64,000 nucleotides of DNA from an uncultured Rhodobacteraceae bacterium (GCA_943787985.1 CALSOO010000011.1:34444-98443), one strand, 5' to 3'. Numbered from the stretch's first letter, positions 37,730 to 46,796 are shown. Made by a program: numbers and translations. Notes: generated by a model not told the origin, from the letters alone.

Positions 37730-38583
37730 GATTTGCTTTCATCGATGCCTGGAAAGAAGAATGGTCTCTGGAGTTCCTCTGCCGAATTATGAAGGTCACA
37801 TCACGCGGGTTCCGTGCTTGGCGGGTGCACCCAATGAGCCAGCGACAGCGTGATGATATGGTCCTTCTCGCCCACATCCGTGAGCAGCATAGGCTCAGCC
37901 TGCAAAGCTATGGGCGGCCACGGATGACCGAAGAGTTGCAGGAGCTGGGGCTGAACGTCGGTCACGGGCGTGTTGGCCGTTTGATGCGCGAGAACGGCAT
38001 CAAGGTCATCAGGACCCAGAAATACAAGGCCACAACAGATAGCGACCATACGTTCAACATCGCGCCCAACCTGCTGGATCAGGATTTCACTACGGATGGC
38101 CCGAACCAGAAATGGGCCGGTGATATAAGCTACATCTGGACCAGCGAAGGCTGGCTATATCTGGCTGTCATCCTCGACCTCTACTCTCGCCGCGTCATCG
38201 GCTGGGCTGTCAGCAATCGCATGAAACGGGACTTGGCGATCCGGGCGTTGGACATGGCTGTGGCACTACGGCGACCGCCCGAAGGCTGCATTCACCATAC
38301 GGATCGCGGGTCGCTATACTGTTCCAACGAGTATCAACGACGCTTGTCAAAGCATGGCTTCAAGGTCTCGATGAGCGGCAAGGGTAATTGTTACGACAAT
38401 TCGATGGTTGAAACGTTCTTCAAATCCATCAAGGTTGAGCTGATCTGGCGCAACAAATGGGACACACGTCGTCAGGCAGAAGGTGCGATCTTCCAGTATA
38501 TCAATGGCTTTTATAACCCGCGCCGACGTCACTCATCGCTAGGTGGCAAAAGCCCCTTGGCATTCGAACGAAAGGCCGCATAA
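37726..38583 (+). CDS. IS3-family transposase OrfB (rve integrase core; expressed as OrfAB fusion)
   Basis: DDE core: KWAGDISYIWT, HTDRGSLYCS, CYDNSMVETFFKSIKVE. Confidence 0.9.
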   Translation: MRFAFIDAWKEEWSLEFLCRIMKVTSRGFRAWRVHPMSQRQRDDMVLLAHIREQHRLSLQSYGRPRMTEELQELGLNVGHGRVGRLMRENGIKVIRTQKYKATTDSDHTFNIAPNLLDQDFTTDGPNQKWAGDISYIWTSEGWLYLAVILDLYSRRVIGWAVSNRMKRDLAIRALDMAVALRRPPEGCIHHTDRGSLYCSNEYQRRLSKHGFKVSMSGKGNCYDNSMVETFFKSIKVELIWRNKWDTRRQAEGAIFQYINGFYNPRRRHSSLGGKSPLAFERKAA

Positions 38584-38683
38584 ATGAGTTCAGAGACCGG
38601 AATGTAAACGCGACAAGTCCAACCCTGCCTGAAGCTCCCTGCTGGATTCCATGACCGGCTGACACGCTGCCACGCCGCCAGCT

Positions 38684-38941
38684 TTAAAACTCGCCGTCGC
38701 GCAGCCGGTCAACCAGCTCCCCGCGATTACGAGGACGGCGAGCCGCCGACTCCAGCATCCGGCGTTGGATTTCATTGGCCTTCTCCGTGGTTTCAAAACG
38801 TTCCTCCAGGCGACCGACGCGCTCACCGGAGCGGCGGATCGACAGTAGGAACAGAAAAATGGTGAGAGTGATCGCACCATAACGTAGGGCCGCCCGCATC
38901 CATGGGATGGCAGCGATACCGCCGAGAAAGGTCGAAATCAT
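38684..38941 (-). CDS. small membrane/coiled-coil protein (possible spanin- or lysis-related)
   Basis: 85 aa with an N-terminal TM region (IAAIPWMRAALRYGAITLTIFLFLL) and a charged helical tail. 4-nt overlap with the upstream ORF. Confidence 0.4.
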   Translation of the reverse strand: MISTFLGGIAAIPWMRAALRYGAITLTIFLFLLSIRRSGERVGRLEERFETTEKANEIQRRMLESAARRPRNRGELVDRLRDGEF

Positions 38942-39165
38942 CGCTGCCCCCTGCGCCAGTCATCAAGGCGGGCGTATATCGTGACTGCGATCCCACACAG
39001 CGCCAAGGCGATGAAGACCCAGCGAAGCGTGTCGAGATACGGGACGAGCGGAAGTATGGCCGTTTGGGTCTCGGCCAGGACGCTCTGTGCAACCTCCACG
39101 CCCGCTGCACCCAGCGTCGCCACCCCGGCCGCTCCGGGATGCGTGGTCTCGGTGAGCGTGGTCAT
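38938..39165 (-). CDS. small C-terminally anchored membrane protein (holin-like?)
   Basis: 75 aa with one TM (LRWVFIALALCGIAVTIY) followed by basic residues. Starts 4 nt after the protease stop. Confidence 0.4.
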   Translation of the reverse strand: MTTLTETTHPGAAGVATLGAAGVEVAQSVLAETQTAILPLVPYLDTLRWVFIALALCGIAVTIYARLDDWRRGQR

Positions 39166-39169
39166 GAGG

Positions 39170-40252
39170 TTATCCTTTCAGCTTGAAGGTGCGGGCGACG
39201 ATCTCGCCCCAGGGGCGGGCCGTCGTGGTCCGGCCGGGTTGTGGGTGATGGGCGGCAATCTCGGGTTCGGCCTCGGCTTTTGCCGCCAGAAGGGCCATGC
39301 GGACGTCGTCGAGGCTGGCGTCCTGTTCGAGGAACCGCCCAGCCATCTGCGGCTGGCCTGCAAGGCGGCAGAGATCGACGACAGCGCGAGCATGGGTGAT
39401 CGCCTCGGCGCGGATCGCGGCGGGATCGAGCGGTGCGCCATCCGGAGTCGGGATCGGATCCGAAGGGCTGGGCAAGTCGTCGGTGACACCATGCCCTTCC
39501 GGCTCGACCGGCGCTTCGTCGCTGTCCGCCTCGCCGGTGCTGTCGTCAGGTTCGACATCGCCGTCCACGATACTTTCGGTCTTTGTGCCCGTGTCTTGGC
39601 TAGTATCCTCGGGAACGTGCTCCAGTTCGGGCTGAACACCCTCCGCGCCTGTTGCATCGACAGCCTTGACGAGGTCGGGCGGCGCGTTGCGGAACCGACC
39701 GATGTCGAACCGCGCGGCCATCCTCACAGGGTCCGCCAGCCGATCCGCAAAGCCCGCCGCCACCGCATCACCCGCATCGAACCAGGTTTCGGCCGCCATC
39801 AGCGCTGCGATCTCGTCATCTGGTTTGCCGGATTTGGCGGCATATCCCCGGACGAGGCTGCCCGCGATCTTGTCGAGCGCCTCGGCCATGGCGCGCATGT
39901 CACCCGCCGTGCCCATTGCCAGACCCGACGGATCGTGGATCATCAGGAACGCATTTTCCGGCATGACGATCTCGTCACCCGCCATCGCGACATAGGACGC
40001 GGCAGAGGCGGCAATACCGTCGATCCAGACCGTGACCGTGCCCGCGTGCCGCTTCAGCGCATTGTAGATCGCCACGGCATCAAAGACTGACCCGCCCGGG
40101 CTGTTCAGCCGCAGATCGACCGGCGTCCCGTCGGGCAACGCGCCGAGTTCGGCAAGGAACCCCTTCGCCGAGACCCCATAGGCACCGATCTCGTCATAGA
40201 TCGCCACTTCCGCACCTGTTCCCCGGGCGCGGATCGCATACCAGCTTGTCAT
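39170..40252 (-). CDS. phage head maturation protease (ClpP/S49 type) with scaffold-like C-terminal half
   Basis: Start ATG 40252, 4 nt after the portal stop. LNSPGGSVFDAVAIYNALKRHAGTVTVWIDGIAASAASYVAMAG is the Ser-protease core. The acidic, low-complexity and helical C-terminus is like lambda C/Nu3. Confidence 0.85.
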   Translation of the reverse strand: MTSWYAIRARGTGAEVAIYDEIGAYGVSAKGFLAELGALPDGTPVDLRLNSPGGSVFDAVAIYNALKRHAGTVTVWIDGIAASAASYVAMAGDEIVMPENAFLMIHDPSGLAMGTAGDMRAMAEALDKIAGSLVRGYAAKSGKPDDEIAALMAAETWFDAGDAVAAGFADRLADPVRMAARFDIGRFRNAPPDLVKAVDATGAEGVQPELEHVPEDTSQDTGTKTESIVDGDVEPDDSTGEADSDEAPVEPEGHGVTDDLPSPSDPIPTPDGAPLDPAAIRAEAITHARAVVDLCRLAGQPQMAGRFLEQDASLDDVRMALLAAKAEAEPEIAAHHPQPGRTTTARPWGEIVARTFKLKG

Positions 40253-40256
40253 ATTG

Positions 40257-41780
40257 TCACTCCTGTTCGGTGGCGGGATCGGTGGAGGCGGATCCATCGC
40301 CTGTGTCTTCGCCTGTGCCATCTCCAGGATCAGGCCGCGCGGCGGGCGTTGCTCGCGCGCCCTGTGTCTCGCCGGGGCTCGCGCGGTAGCTCAGCCCCAG
40401 ATCGGCAACGCGTTTGGCATCCGCCGCATTCTCTCGGTCGACTTCTTCGACGTCATAGCCAGTGGCCTCGACCACCTTGCGCCGCGAGGTGATGCCTGCT
40501 TCCATCGCCAGCACTTGCGCCTGGATGTCCTTCAGCGGGTCGACCCAGTCCCAGCGTGGCGGGATCCACTGCACCGGCCGCGCGACGGCGGGATTGCCGA
40601 TATCCAGCGCCCCCGACAATACGGCCGTCTCAAGCCAGCGCCGCCAGATCGGCCGACACAGCTGGTGCGCCATCACCCCATGCTGCAGCTGGCCAATGCG
40701 TCGCCGGAACTCGACCAGCTCTGCCCGCAAGCTCGAATAGTTCGCCTGGCGCACATCGCCGGTGACGAGGTGATAGGGCAGCCCCAGAGAGGCCGAGACC
40801 GACAAGAGCGTCCGGTATTGAAACGCCTCATAGCCACCCCCAACATCTGCGGGGCTCGAGAACTTCACATCCTCGCCCGGCAGCAGCACTTGCATCGTGC
40901 CCGGCTCCAGGCTGGCGATGGCCGCCCCATCGAGATCGGCTTCGGACTCGCCCATCATCGGGTCTTCAGGTGCTGTCTTGGTGATGAAGCCCGCAAACAT
41001 CGCCGCCGTCTTCTTCCGGTCCAGTTCAGCGTCGTCGTACTGGTCCAGCAGAAACAGCCGCACCATGGCCGGGGCCACATGCGGCAGGCCCCGGATTTGC
41101 CCCGCATCAATGGGCCGGTAGATGTGAAGTACATCCTCAGCGGGCACGCGCACCGTCTCCGGTATCACCGCCCCTTGGTCGGTGCTGTCGCCCGGATGGC
41201 GTCGGCGGAAGTGATAGGCCACGCGCCGTCCGATGCCGTCAAATTCAATCCCGCAACGGATGCGATTGCCGTTTCCCGACGTTTCCGTCTTCTCGAAGGG
41301 CAGCATTTCCGACTGCAGGAGCTGCAGTTGCAAAGGCACCAGCAGACCATCCTCAGACCGGCGCGGCCGCAGCCGGACAAAGCATTCGCCCGCCACGAAC
41401 ATCTCGCGTGCGACCATAGCCTGCAGACCGTAGAAGTCGGTCAGACCGTCCGCGTCAGCCTCGTCGGTCCATGCGAGCCAGAGCTGCTGAACACTGTCAC
41501 GCAACACCGCATCTGAGATCAGCGACGACGGCTTGATCCCGTCGCCGACCATGTTCGACGCAAATGCCTCGCAGGCATTGGCGGCATAGCCGTTGGTGAC
41601 GACTAACTCGCGCGACCGCGCCAGCAGGCGGGGGCCGCCCGAGGCGACCAGCGAATTGATGTTCTCTAGCGGCGGGTTCCAGCCCCGCAAGCGCCGCCTT
41701 GCCAGAGCGCCTTCCAGACGCGCGGACACGGCGGCGGGACCGCCGGGGACACGGCGGCGAAAGCGGTCAAACAGGCCCAT
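40257..41780 (-). CDS. phage portal protein, lambda family
   Basis: 507 aa lying between gpW and the protease. Sequence features are typical of lambda gpB-family portals (…GYAANACEAFASNMVGDGIKP…). Confidence 0.9.
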   Translation of the reverse strand: MGLFDRFRRRVPGGPAAVSARLEGALARRRLRGWNPPLENINSLVASGGPRLLARSRELVVTNGYAANACEAFASNMVGDGIKPSSLISDAVLRDSVQQLWLAWTDEADADGLTDFYGLQAMVAREMFVAGECFVRLRPRRSEDGLLVPLQLQLLQSEMLPFEKTETSGNGNRIRCGIEFDGIGRRVAYHFRRRHPGDSTDQGAVIPETVRVPAEDVLHIYRPIDAGQIRGLPHVAPAMVRLFLLDQYDDAELDRKKTAAMFAGFITKTAPEDPMMGESEADLDGAAIASLEPGTMQVLLPGEDVKFSSPADVGGGYEAFQYRTLLSVSASLGLPYHLVTGDVRQANYSSLRAELVEFRRRIGQLQHGVMAHQLCRPIWRRWLETAVLSGALDIGNPAVARPVQWIPPRWDWVDPLKDIQAQVLAMEAGITSRRKVVEATGYDVEEVDRENAADAKRVADLGLSYRASPGETQGARATPAARPDPGDGTGEDTGDGSASTDPATEQE

Positions 41781-41783
41781 GAG

Positions 41784-41999
41784 TCAAAGACCCTTCGTCG
41801 TCGTCACACGCACCTGCCGAACGATCCGTCGTCCCTCGGCAGCCGCAATCTCGCGGTCGAGCGCCTCGATGGCCCGGTCGATTTCCGCCACACTGCGATA
41901 GTCCACCGTCTTTCCGTCGTAGCTGACGCGCGCCACGCCTGAGGAACGCTGAACAGCCAGGGTCTCGCGGCGACTACTGAGTTCCGTCAATGTCGGCAT
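41784..41999 (-). CDS. gpW-family head-tail joining protein
   Basis: 71 aa immediately upstream of the portal gene. LTELSSRRETL...VSYDGKTVDYRSVAEIDRAIEALDREI fits the gpW pattern. Confidence 0.75.
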   Translation of the reverse strand: MPTLTELSSRRETLAVQRSSGVARVSYDGKTVDYRSVAEIDRAIEALDREIAAAEGRRIVRQVRVTTTKGL

Positions 42000-42064
42000 C
42001 TGAATTGACCTGACTTGGGAATATGTTTCATTGAGCCAACCGAATCCCGAGTGAGGGCAAAACC

Positions 42065-42958
42065 ATGACCCCGACCGAAATCATGCGCGATCTCGCGCGC
42101 AACGACATTTTTCCGAAAACCGCCATGGCCGAAGCAGGCACCCGGCGCGAAGAAATGGCGCCAGTCTTCATCGATCTCGTAACCCGCCTCGCACATCAGC
42201 GTATCCCGGCGATGAAAGACGCTGATCTGATGGCTTTTATTCCGATCTTCCACATGCTGGGCGAATGGCAGGATCCTCGTGCCTATCGCCCTTTGGTTCA
42301 GATGCTCCGTCGTCCAACCAAGGTCATCGACCATCTCCTCGGGGACGCTGTCACCGAAACGAGCTTTCGCGTCATCGCCGGAACATTCGACGGTGACCTG
42401 CAGCCCGTGTTCGACGCGATCGAGGACAGGAAGGCTGACGAATTCGCGCGTCTGTCCTTGATGAATGCTCTCGTCTTGATCGCGCAACTGCACCCCGCTG
42501 AACGCCCGGTGATCGAGAATTATTTCCGGACCTTTCGCCAACGCTGTCCCAAGGCACCCGTGGACCTCCTCACTGGCTGGATGGGCGCTATTGCCGCCCT
42601 CGGACTCGAGGATATGTCCGAGGCCGTGCGCGAGGTTTTCGACCAGGGCCTTATCCCGAAAGAGTATTGCGACTTCGGGCATTTCCTTGAGGATCTGGAA
42701 ACCTCCCTCAACGAAGGTGTTTCCCCCGCAAACCGTCGTTACCAGAAAGCCCTGATCACCAATTCCATCGATGAGTTGTCGAAATGGCACTGTTATACCG
42801 ATGAGTTTCTCGCCCAGCAGAAGACCCGCAAAGTTGACAACGCCTTACGCGTGGCCCCCTGGACAGAGGCCCTCACAAAGACACCCGACAAACTTGGCCG
42901 CAACGATCCCTGTCCCTGCGGCAGCGGCAAGAAGTTCAAGAAATGCTGCCTGCACTGA
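42065..42958 (+). CDS. DUF1186-like protein with C-terminal SEC-C metal-binding motif
   Basis: 297 aa on the strand opposite the packaging operon. The C-terminus is [20 protein letters not shown]. The competing antisense ORF 41987-42790 has no motifs. Confidence 0.8.
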   Translation: MTPTEIMRDLARNDIFPKTAMAEAGTRREEMAPVFIDLVTRLAHQRIPAMKDADLMAFIPIFHMLGEWQDPRAYRPLVQMLRRPTKVIDHLLGDAVTETSFRVIAGTFDGDLQPVFDAIEDRKADEFARLSLMNALVLIAQLHPAERPVIENYFRTFRQRCPKAPVDLLTGWMGAIAALGLEDMSEAVREVFDQGLIPKEYCDFGHFLEDLETSLNEGVSPANRRYQKALITNSIDELSKWHCYTDEFLAQQKTRKVDNALRVAPWTEALTKTPDKLGRNDPCPCGSGKKFKKCCLH

Positions 42959-42996
42959 ACCGGCCCGGCCAACAAGACCCTGCGTTTCCAGCCCCT

Positions 42997-44997
42997 TCAC
43001 CTCATGTAACTTGAGCGCACGGTTCGCCGCTGTGGTCCCGCACGCCGAGAAGCGGGCGTGGTGTTTCCCGCCCCGTCCTCAGCCATGTCCTCCGCCGTGA
43101 TCCCGACCTGTGCTTCCAGATCAGTCCACCGCGCATCGGACCAACGGTCAGCGCCCAATATCCAAGCCGCGGCCCTCGCATAGACCCGTGTATCCAGCGC
43201 CTCGTTGCGTTCGCGCAGCTTCTGCCATTCGAGCCGGGCAAAGCCGCGTTTGGTGCGCACCGTGATCAGTTGTTCGGCCGTGAATTGCTTCAGCCACTCG
43301 CCGTCCGCCCAGTTTGGCAGATGGATGGTTCCGGGCGGGCAAAGATGCCCAGCCTCGATTTCCTCCCGCGTCGGCCGGTCCTGGCGCAAATAGCGATAGG
43401 TCTCGGTCTTGAAGGTCGACGTGGCGACCGTCCAAAGCCGCGCCCCGCGCCGCAGCCTTTTGCCTGCGATGGTCGCGTCCACATAAGTCGGGCCAGTGAC
43501 CGGGCTCGAGCGGTTGAAGCCCTCGACGCCTTTGACCGGAGCCACCTGCGCAAAGCCGACCTGTCGCGACCAGGCATACACGGCACTGGTCTCGTAGCCT
43601 GTGTCGATCGCCAGCCGTGCCAATGTCATGTTTTGACCGGAAGCATGCTCCCAGGTCTGACCGAGCAAATTGGTCAGCTGCTGCCAGCACGCCGGGTCGC
43701 CGGGCCCGCCCTCAATGACCAGGTGATCGATCAGCCAACTCTCCAGCCCGCGGCCCCAGGCCCAGACATCGACCTCGATGCGATCTTTTTGAACGTCCGC
43801 CCCGGCGGTCAGGAACAAGCCCCGCTCTGGAACAGTGCCTCCTTCCCAAGTCTCGCGCTGATCCGCCAAGCGCTGCCAGGCCGGCGCTTCACCGGTTTCT
43901 ACCCATGTCTCGCCGAGGATCGTGTTGCGGAACGCCTTGATCGCTTCATCCGACCCCTGCGCCGCGTCCCATGCCCGCACGATCCGCTCCCAGCTCAGCC
44001 AACCGATCGGCGAATACAGCGCCGAGAGGTGATAGCCTACAGTGCCGGGATCGGCTGCGGTCTCAGTCGCGCGCCATTCGCCTGCCTCCAGCATCGCCGT
44101 CTTGTTGTGTTCGGCGATAGGCGTCTCGCAGCCCTCGCAGTGATATTCAGCAGTCTCCGGCCGCCCCTTTTGCCAACGCAGCCGCTCGAACTTCAGCCAC
44201 TGTTCCTGACCGCAATGCGGACACGGCACGAAATACCGGCGTTGGTCGCTGGCGTCGAACTCGCGCTCGATCCGGCTCAGCCCCCGGATCGTCGGCGTCG
44301 AGACCAGGAACACCTTGCGCCGATGCGCAAATGTCAGCGACCGCGCTTCGGCCAGCGTGACCGGATCGCCTTCGTCGTCAGCGGATGCCGGATAGGCATC
44401 GACCTCGTCGAGGAAGATGTAGCGCGCCGGAGTCGAGCGCAGGCCCACGGCCGAGTTCGCCCCCGTCATGATCAGGATGCCGCCCGCGAATTCCTTCGAC
44501 AGCATGGTGTTGCCCGCGTCGCGCGAACGGGCGGGTTTGACCCGTTCCCGCAGTTCCGGGCTCTCGTCGATCAGCGGGTCGATCCGCTGCCTTGAGTTTC
44601 GTTTCGCCAGTTCCACCGTCGGCTGGACCGCCAGCATCGGGCCCGGTGCCTGGTGGATCGCAAAGCCGATCCAGTTGTTCCAGGCCTCGGTCGCGCCGAC
44701 CTGCGCTGCCTTCATGAAGACGATCCGCTGCGTCGGATCGCCGGGTGAGAGCCTATCCATTATTTCGCCCATGTAGGGCGTGCGCGCCGTGCGATACCGC
44801 CCGGGTTCTGCCGAAGCGCGCCCCGAAAGCATCCGGTGCCGGTCCGCCCATTCCGAGACCGTCAGGTCCGCATCCGGCGTGAGGCCAGCACCCCAGGCGC
44901 GCAGGATTTCCGCAGCGCCGTCAAAATCCAGAATATCGTCGGCATCACCGGAGATCGGGTTTGACCTCGGCAAGATCGTCGAGCTGGGCACGGACAT
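42997..44997 (-). CDS. phage terminase large subunit (GpA family)
   Basis: 666 aa. LTVSEWADRHRMLS...EPGRYRTARTPYMGEIMD...VFMKAAQVGATE (Walker A-like) is typical of lambda gpA-type TerL. Confidence 0.9.
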   Translation of the reverse strand: MSVPSSTILPRSNPISGDADDILDFDGAAEILRAWGAGLTPDADLTVSEWADRHRMLSGRASAEPGRYRTARTPYMGEIMDRLSPGDPTQRIVFMKAAQVGATEAWNNWIGFAIHQAPGPMLAVQPTVELAKRNSRQRIDPLIDESPELRERVKPARSRDAGNTMLSKEFAGGILIMTGANSAVGLRSTPARYIFLDEVDAYPASADDEGDPVTLAEARSLTFAHRRKVFLVSTPTIRGLSRIEREFDASDQRRYFVPCPHCGQEQWLKFERLRWQKGRPETAEYHCEGCETPIAEHNKTAMLEAGEWRATETAADPGTVGYHLSALYSPIGWLSWERIVRAWDAAQGSDEAIKAFRNTILGETWVETGEAPAWQRLADQRETWEGGTVPERGLFLTAGADVQKDRIEVDVWAWGRGLESWLIDHLVIEGGPGDPACWQQLTNLLGQTWEHASGQNMTLARLAIDTGYETSAVYAWSRQVGFAQVAPVKGVEGFNRSSPVTGPTYVDATIAGKRLRRGARLWTVATSTFKTETYRYLRQDRPTREEIEAGHLCPPGTIHLPNWADGEWLKQFTAEQLITVRTKRGFARLEWQKLRERNEALDTRVYARAAAWILGADRWSDARWTDLEAQVGITAEDMAEDGAGNTTPASRRAGPQRRTVRSSYMR

Positions 44998-45505
44998 GTT
45001 TCTCCAGAACCTTCTGCATTGCGGCGGGCTCGACGCCCAGATCGGCCGCCATCAGCGCCGCAGCTCGCGACGGCCAGTTGACCCAGACATCGCGCTCCTG
45101 CCGCGCCAGCCGGAACACCAGCGACAGCGCACGGGCCCGGTCGATCAACTCGCCTTTCAGCTTTTGCAACCGGAGGCGGCGCTCCTGCGCCTTCAGCACT
45201 TCGTTCGCCGTCTTGGCCTGCAGGAACGTGGTGCCGCTGCCAATGGGCGGAGCCGCCAGCCCCTGTTCGCGCAGGGTTTCTCCCACGGCGGAGACCGCCG
45301 CCTCCGGGACGGGTTTGAGTTTCGGCTTCGTTGCTTTGCGGGTTTTGGACGGATCGGTTGCTTCAGCGCGCAAGGCATCGCTGGCCACCGCGTCAATGCT
45401 GCCATCGCCGTACAGAACTAGCCGCCCTGTCGCCTTGGCCTTCTGGATCGCCCCGCGTGAGAGACCGACGCGGGCGGCATACTGGCGCTCGCTCAGACCC
45501 TCCAT
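44945..45505 (-). CDS. phage terminase small subunit (Nu1-like HTH)
   Basis: 186 aa directly upstream of, and overlapping, terL. N-terminal HTH LSERQYAARVGLSRGAIQKAKATGRL. Confidence 0.7.
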   Translation of the reverse strand: MEGLSERQYAARVGLSRGAIQKAKATGRLVLYGDGSIDAVASDALRAEATDPSKTRKATKPKLKPVPEAAVSAVGETLREQGLAAPPIGSGTTFLQAKTANEVLKAQERRLRLQKLKGELIDRARALSLVFRLARQERDVWVNWPSRAAALMAADLGVEPAAMQKVLEKHVRAQLDDLAEVKPDLR

Positions 45506-45616
45506 TGCGCGCTCCGATTATCATTCAAAATCATGTGCTTATGTAGTTGATAAGCCTCCGCACCAGAGCGAACGTGATCCTACGAAAACGATGCAACTCA
45601 CAACGGAGCCGCCACT

Positions 45617-45886
45617 ATGACCCGCCTGAACCCAATCACCACACCCCGCCACCAGCTGCGCGCCGCGAAGGCGGCCCGGAACCGGGAGGCGGCTCTCAAT
45701 GCGTTCATCGGCAAAAAGGCCGAGATCGACGAGATGCTCGCCCGCTTGGCAAGCCTTAGCGACGAGCACTTCAACGCCCACCCAGACGAGATCAACTGGG
45801 GCCACGTCGGCACCCTTGAGCATTACGCCAGCCTCCTGAAGCGCATCACCGACAGCGCCTGCGGCGAGGGTGAGCACGCGGAGTGA
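45617..45886 (+). CDS. hypothetical phage protein
   Basis: 89-aa ORF, first of a plus-strand trio divergent from terS. Its stop overlaps the next start (GTGA). Confidence 0.5.
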   Translation: MTRLNPITTPRHQLRAAKAARNREAALNAFIGKKAEIDEMLARLASLSDEHFNAHPDEINWGHVGTLEHYASLLKRITDSACGEGEHAE

Positions 45887-46110
45887 GCACCATGGAAACC
45901 AGCACCATCCGCATTGCCATTCGTAAGCTGCCTGAGCGCTTCGACCGAAGTCGTATCACCACGGTTCTCGACGAAATCGAAGGTGCATTGATGGACGATG
46001 GCGGCGTTTATATCCTCGCATACGCTGACAGCATGACGATCACCATCGAGGTGCCGACCGATCAGCTGATCGATGCGGCAACCTGCCTGAAAGATCTCGA
46101 CCTGATCTGA
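45883..46110 (+). CDS. hypothetical phage protein
   Basis: 75-aa ORF with a GTG start coupled to the upstream stop (alternative ATG at 45892). Confidence 0.45.
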   Translation: MSTMETSTIRIAIRKLPERFDRSRITTVLDEIEGALMDDGGVYILAYADSMTITIEVPTDQLIDAATCLKDLDLI

Positions 46111-46200
46111 TTTGGGCAACCGCGCAGACCCGCCCCGCACGCGCGGGGCTCGTCCTAGTAGAAGGGTCGCATTCCGCGCCCTCGATGACCGGAGACAACC

Positions 46201-46443
46201 ATGGCCAAGAATTCCATCCCCAAAACAACCGATGCAGCCCCGCGCCAGACCAAGCAGCAGATAATGATCGATCTACTGCGGCGGCCCGAAGGCGCGGGCA
46301 TCGAAGAGATCACCGCTGCAACCGGATGGCAGTCGCACACTGTGCGCGGCGCAATGTCCGGCGCGCTAAAGAAGAAGTTAGGCCTCGAGATCACCTCGAA
46401 GAAGGTCGAGGGCCTCGGACGGGTCTATCGTATCAAGCGCTGA
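46201..46443 (+). CDS. DUF3489-like protein
   Basis: 80 aa. QIMIDLLRRPEGAGIEEITAATGWQSHTVRGAMSGALKKKLGLEITSKK matches the conserved DUF3489 core as I remember it. Confidence 0.65.
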   Translation: MAKNSIPKTTDAAPRQTKQQIMIDLLRRPEGAGIEEITAATGWQSHTVRGAMSGALKKKLGLEITSKKVEGLGRVYRIKR

Positions 46444-46796
46444 TTTCGATCCGGCGCACCGCTGAAGTCACGACTATAAGGAAGCCGTCGCCGTGTAAGC
46501 GGCGGCTTCGTCTTTCTCACCCGGATCGCCTCGAAGAGCCGCCGCAGCACATAGGACCGAGCAATACTCACCACGGTGAACACCGCGCCCATCTTCAGGT
46601 TTTGCGTTAGCGTCGTATGCAACCCGAATATCGGAAAGATCAGGATCTGCGTAACAACCGCGACACTATAGCCGACAAATACGTTGGCGACGGACTCAAC
46701 CAGCGACATGAAGCGCGACTGGCTGCCATTCGCAGGCATTGTGTCTTGAACAGAAGTTCTTAAATCTGAGTCAGCAGTAGTAGAAGTCCTAATCAT
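46425..46796 (-). CDS. hypothetical membrane protein (start uncertain: 46796, 46739 or 46709)
   Basis: Two hydrophobic helices (VANVFVGYSVAVVTQILIFPIF; GAVFTVVSIARSYVL). Convergent with the DUF3489 gene. Confidence 0.45.
   Translation of the reverse strand: MIRTSTTADSDLRTSVQDTMPANGSQSRFMSLVESVANVFVGYSVAVVTQILIFPIFGLHTTLTQNLKMGAVFTVVSIARSYVLRRLFEAIRVRKTKPPLTRRRLPYSRDFSGAPDRNQRLIR

Larger units (their letters stand above)
37391..38621 (+). mobile_element. IS3-family insertion sequence (intact, orfA/orfB with -1 frameshift)
   Basis: 30-bp terminal IRs starting TGG, 24/30 identical: TGGTCTTATCGCGGTTTAGTTCCGGTCTCT (37391-37420) against the reverse complement of 38592-38621. There is no matching target-site duplication (left flank ..GGAATT, right flank ACCCTG..). 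Confidence 0.85.

Noticed and set aside
37212-37877. 221-aa minus-strand ORF
   Set aside because: Only its last ~58 codons (37212-37390) resemble an IS3-family OrfA tail. The rest is antisense to the nested IS3 orfA/orfB and crosses the IS boundary at 37391.
38590-38880. 96-aa minus-strand ORF as the upstream continuation of the truncated IS3-family orfA across the nested IS
   Set aside because: Joining the two flanks gives an immediate stop (…GGG TAA…). There is no target duplication, and the ORF overlaps the better-supported phage ORF 38684-38941 in another frame.
38981-41516. Long plus-strand ORFs (38981-40090, 40254-41516) across protease and portal genes
   Set aside because: The opposite strand encodes clear S49 protease and lambda-type portal proteins. 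These ORFs are Arg/Pro/Gly-rich GC3 artefacts. The same holds for 43270-44595, 50686-51981, 53321-54130, 55821-56675, 56711-57553, 59092-60183 and 62611-63456.
41987-42790. 267-aa minus-strand ORF that would make the packaging operon continuous
   Set aside because: The plus-strand ORF ends in an unmistakable SEC-C motif ([13 protein letters not shown]), and the minus-strand translation has no motif.
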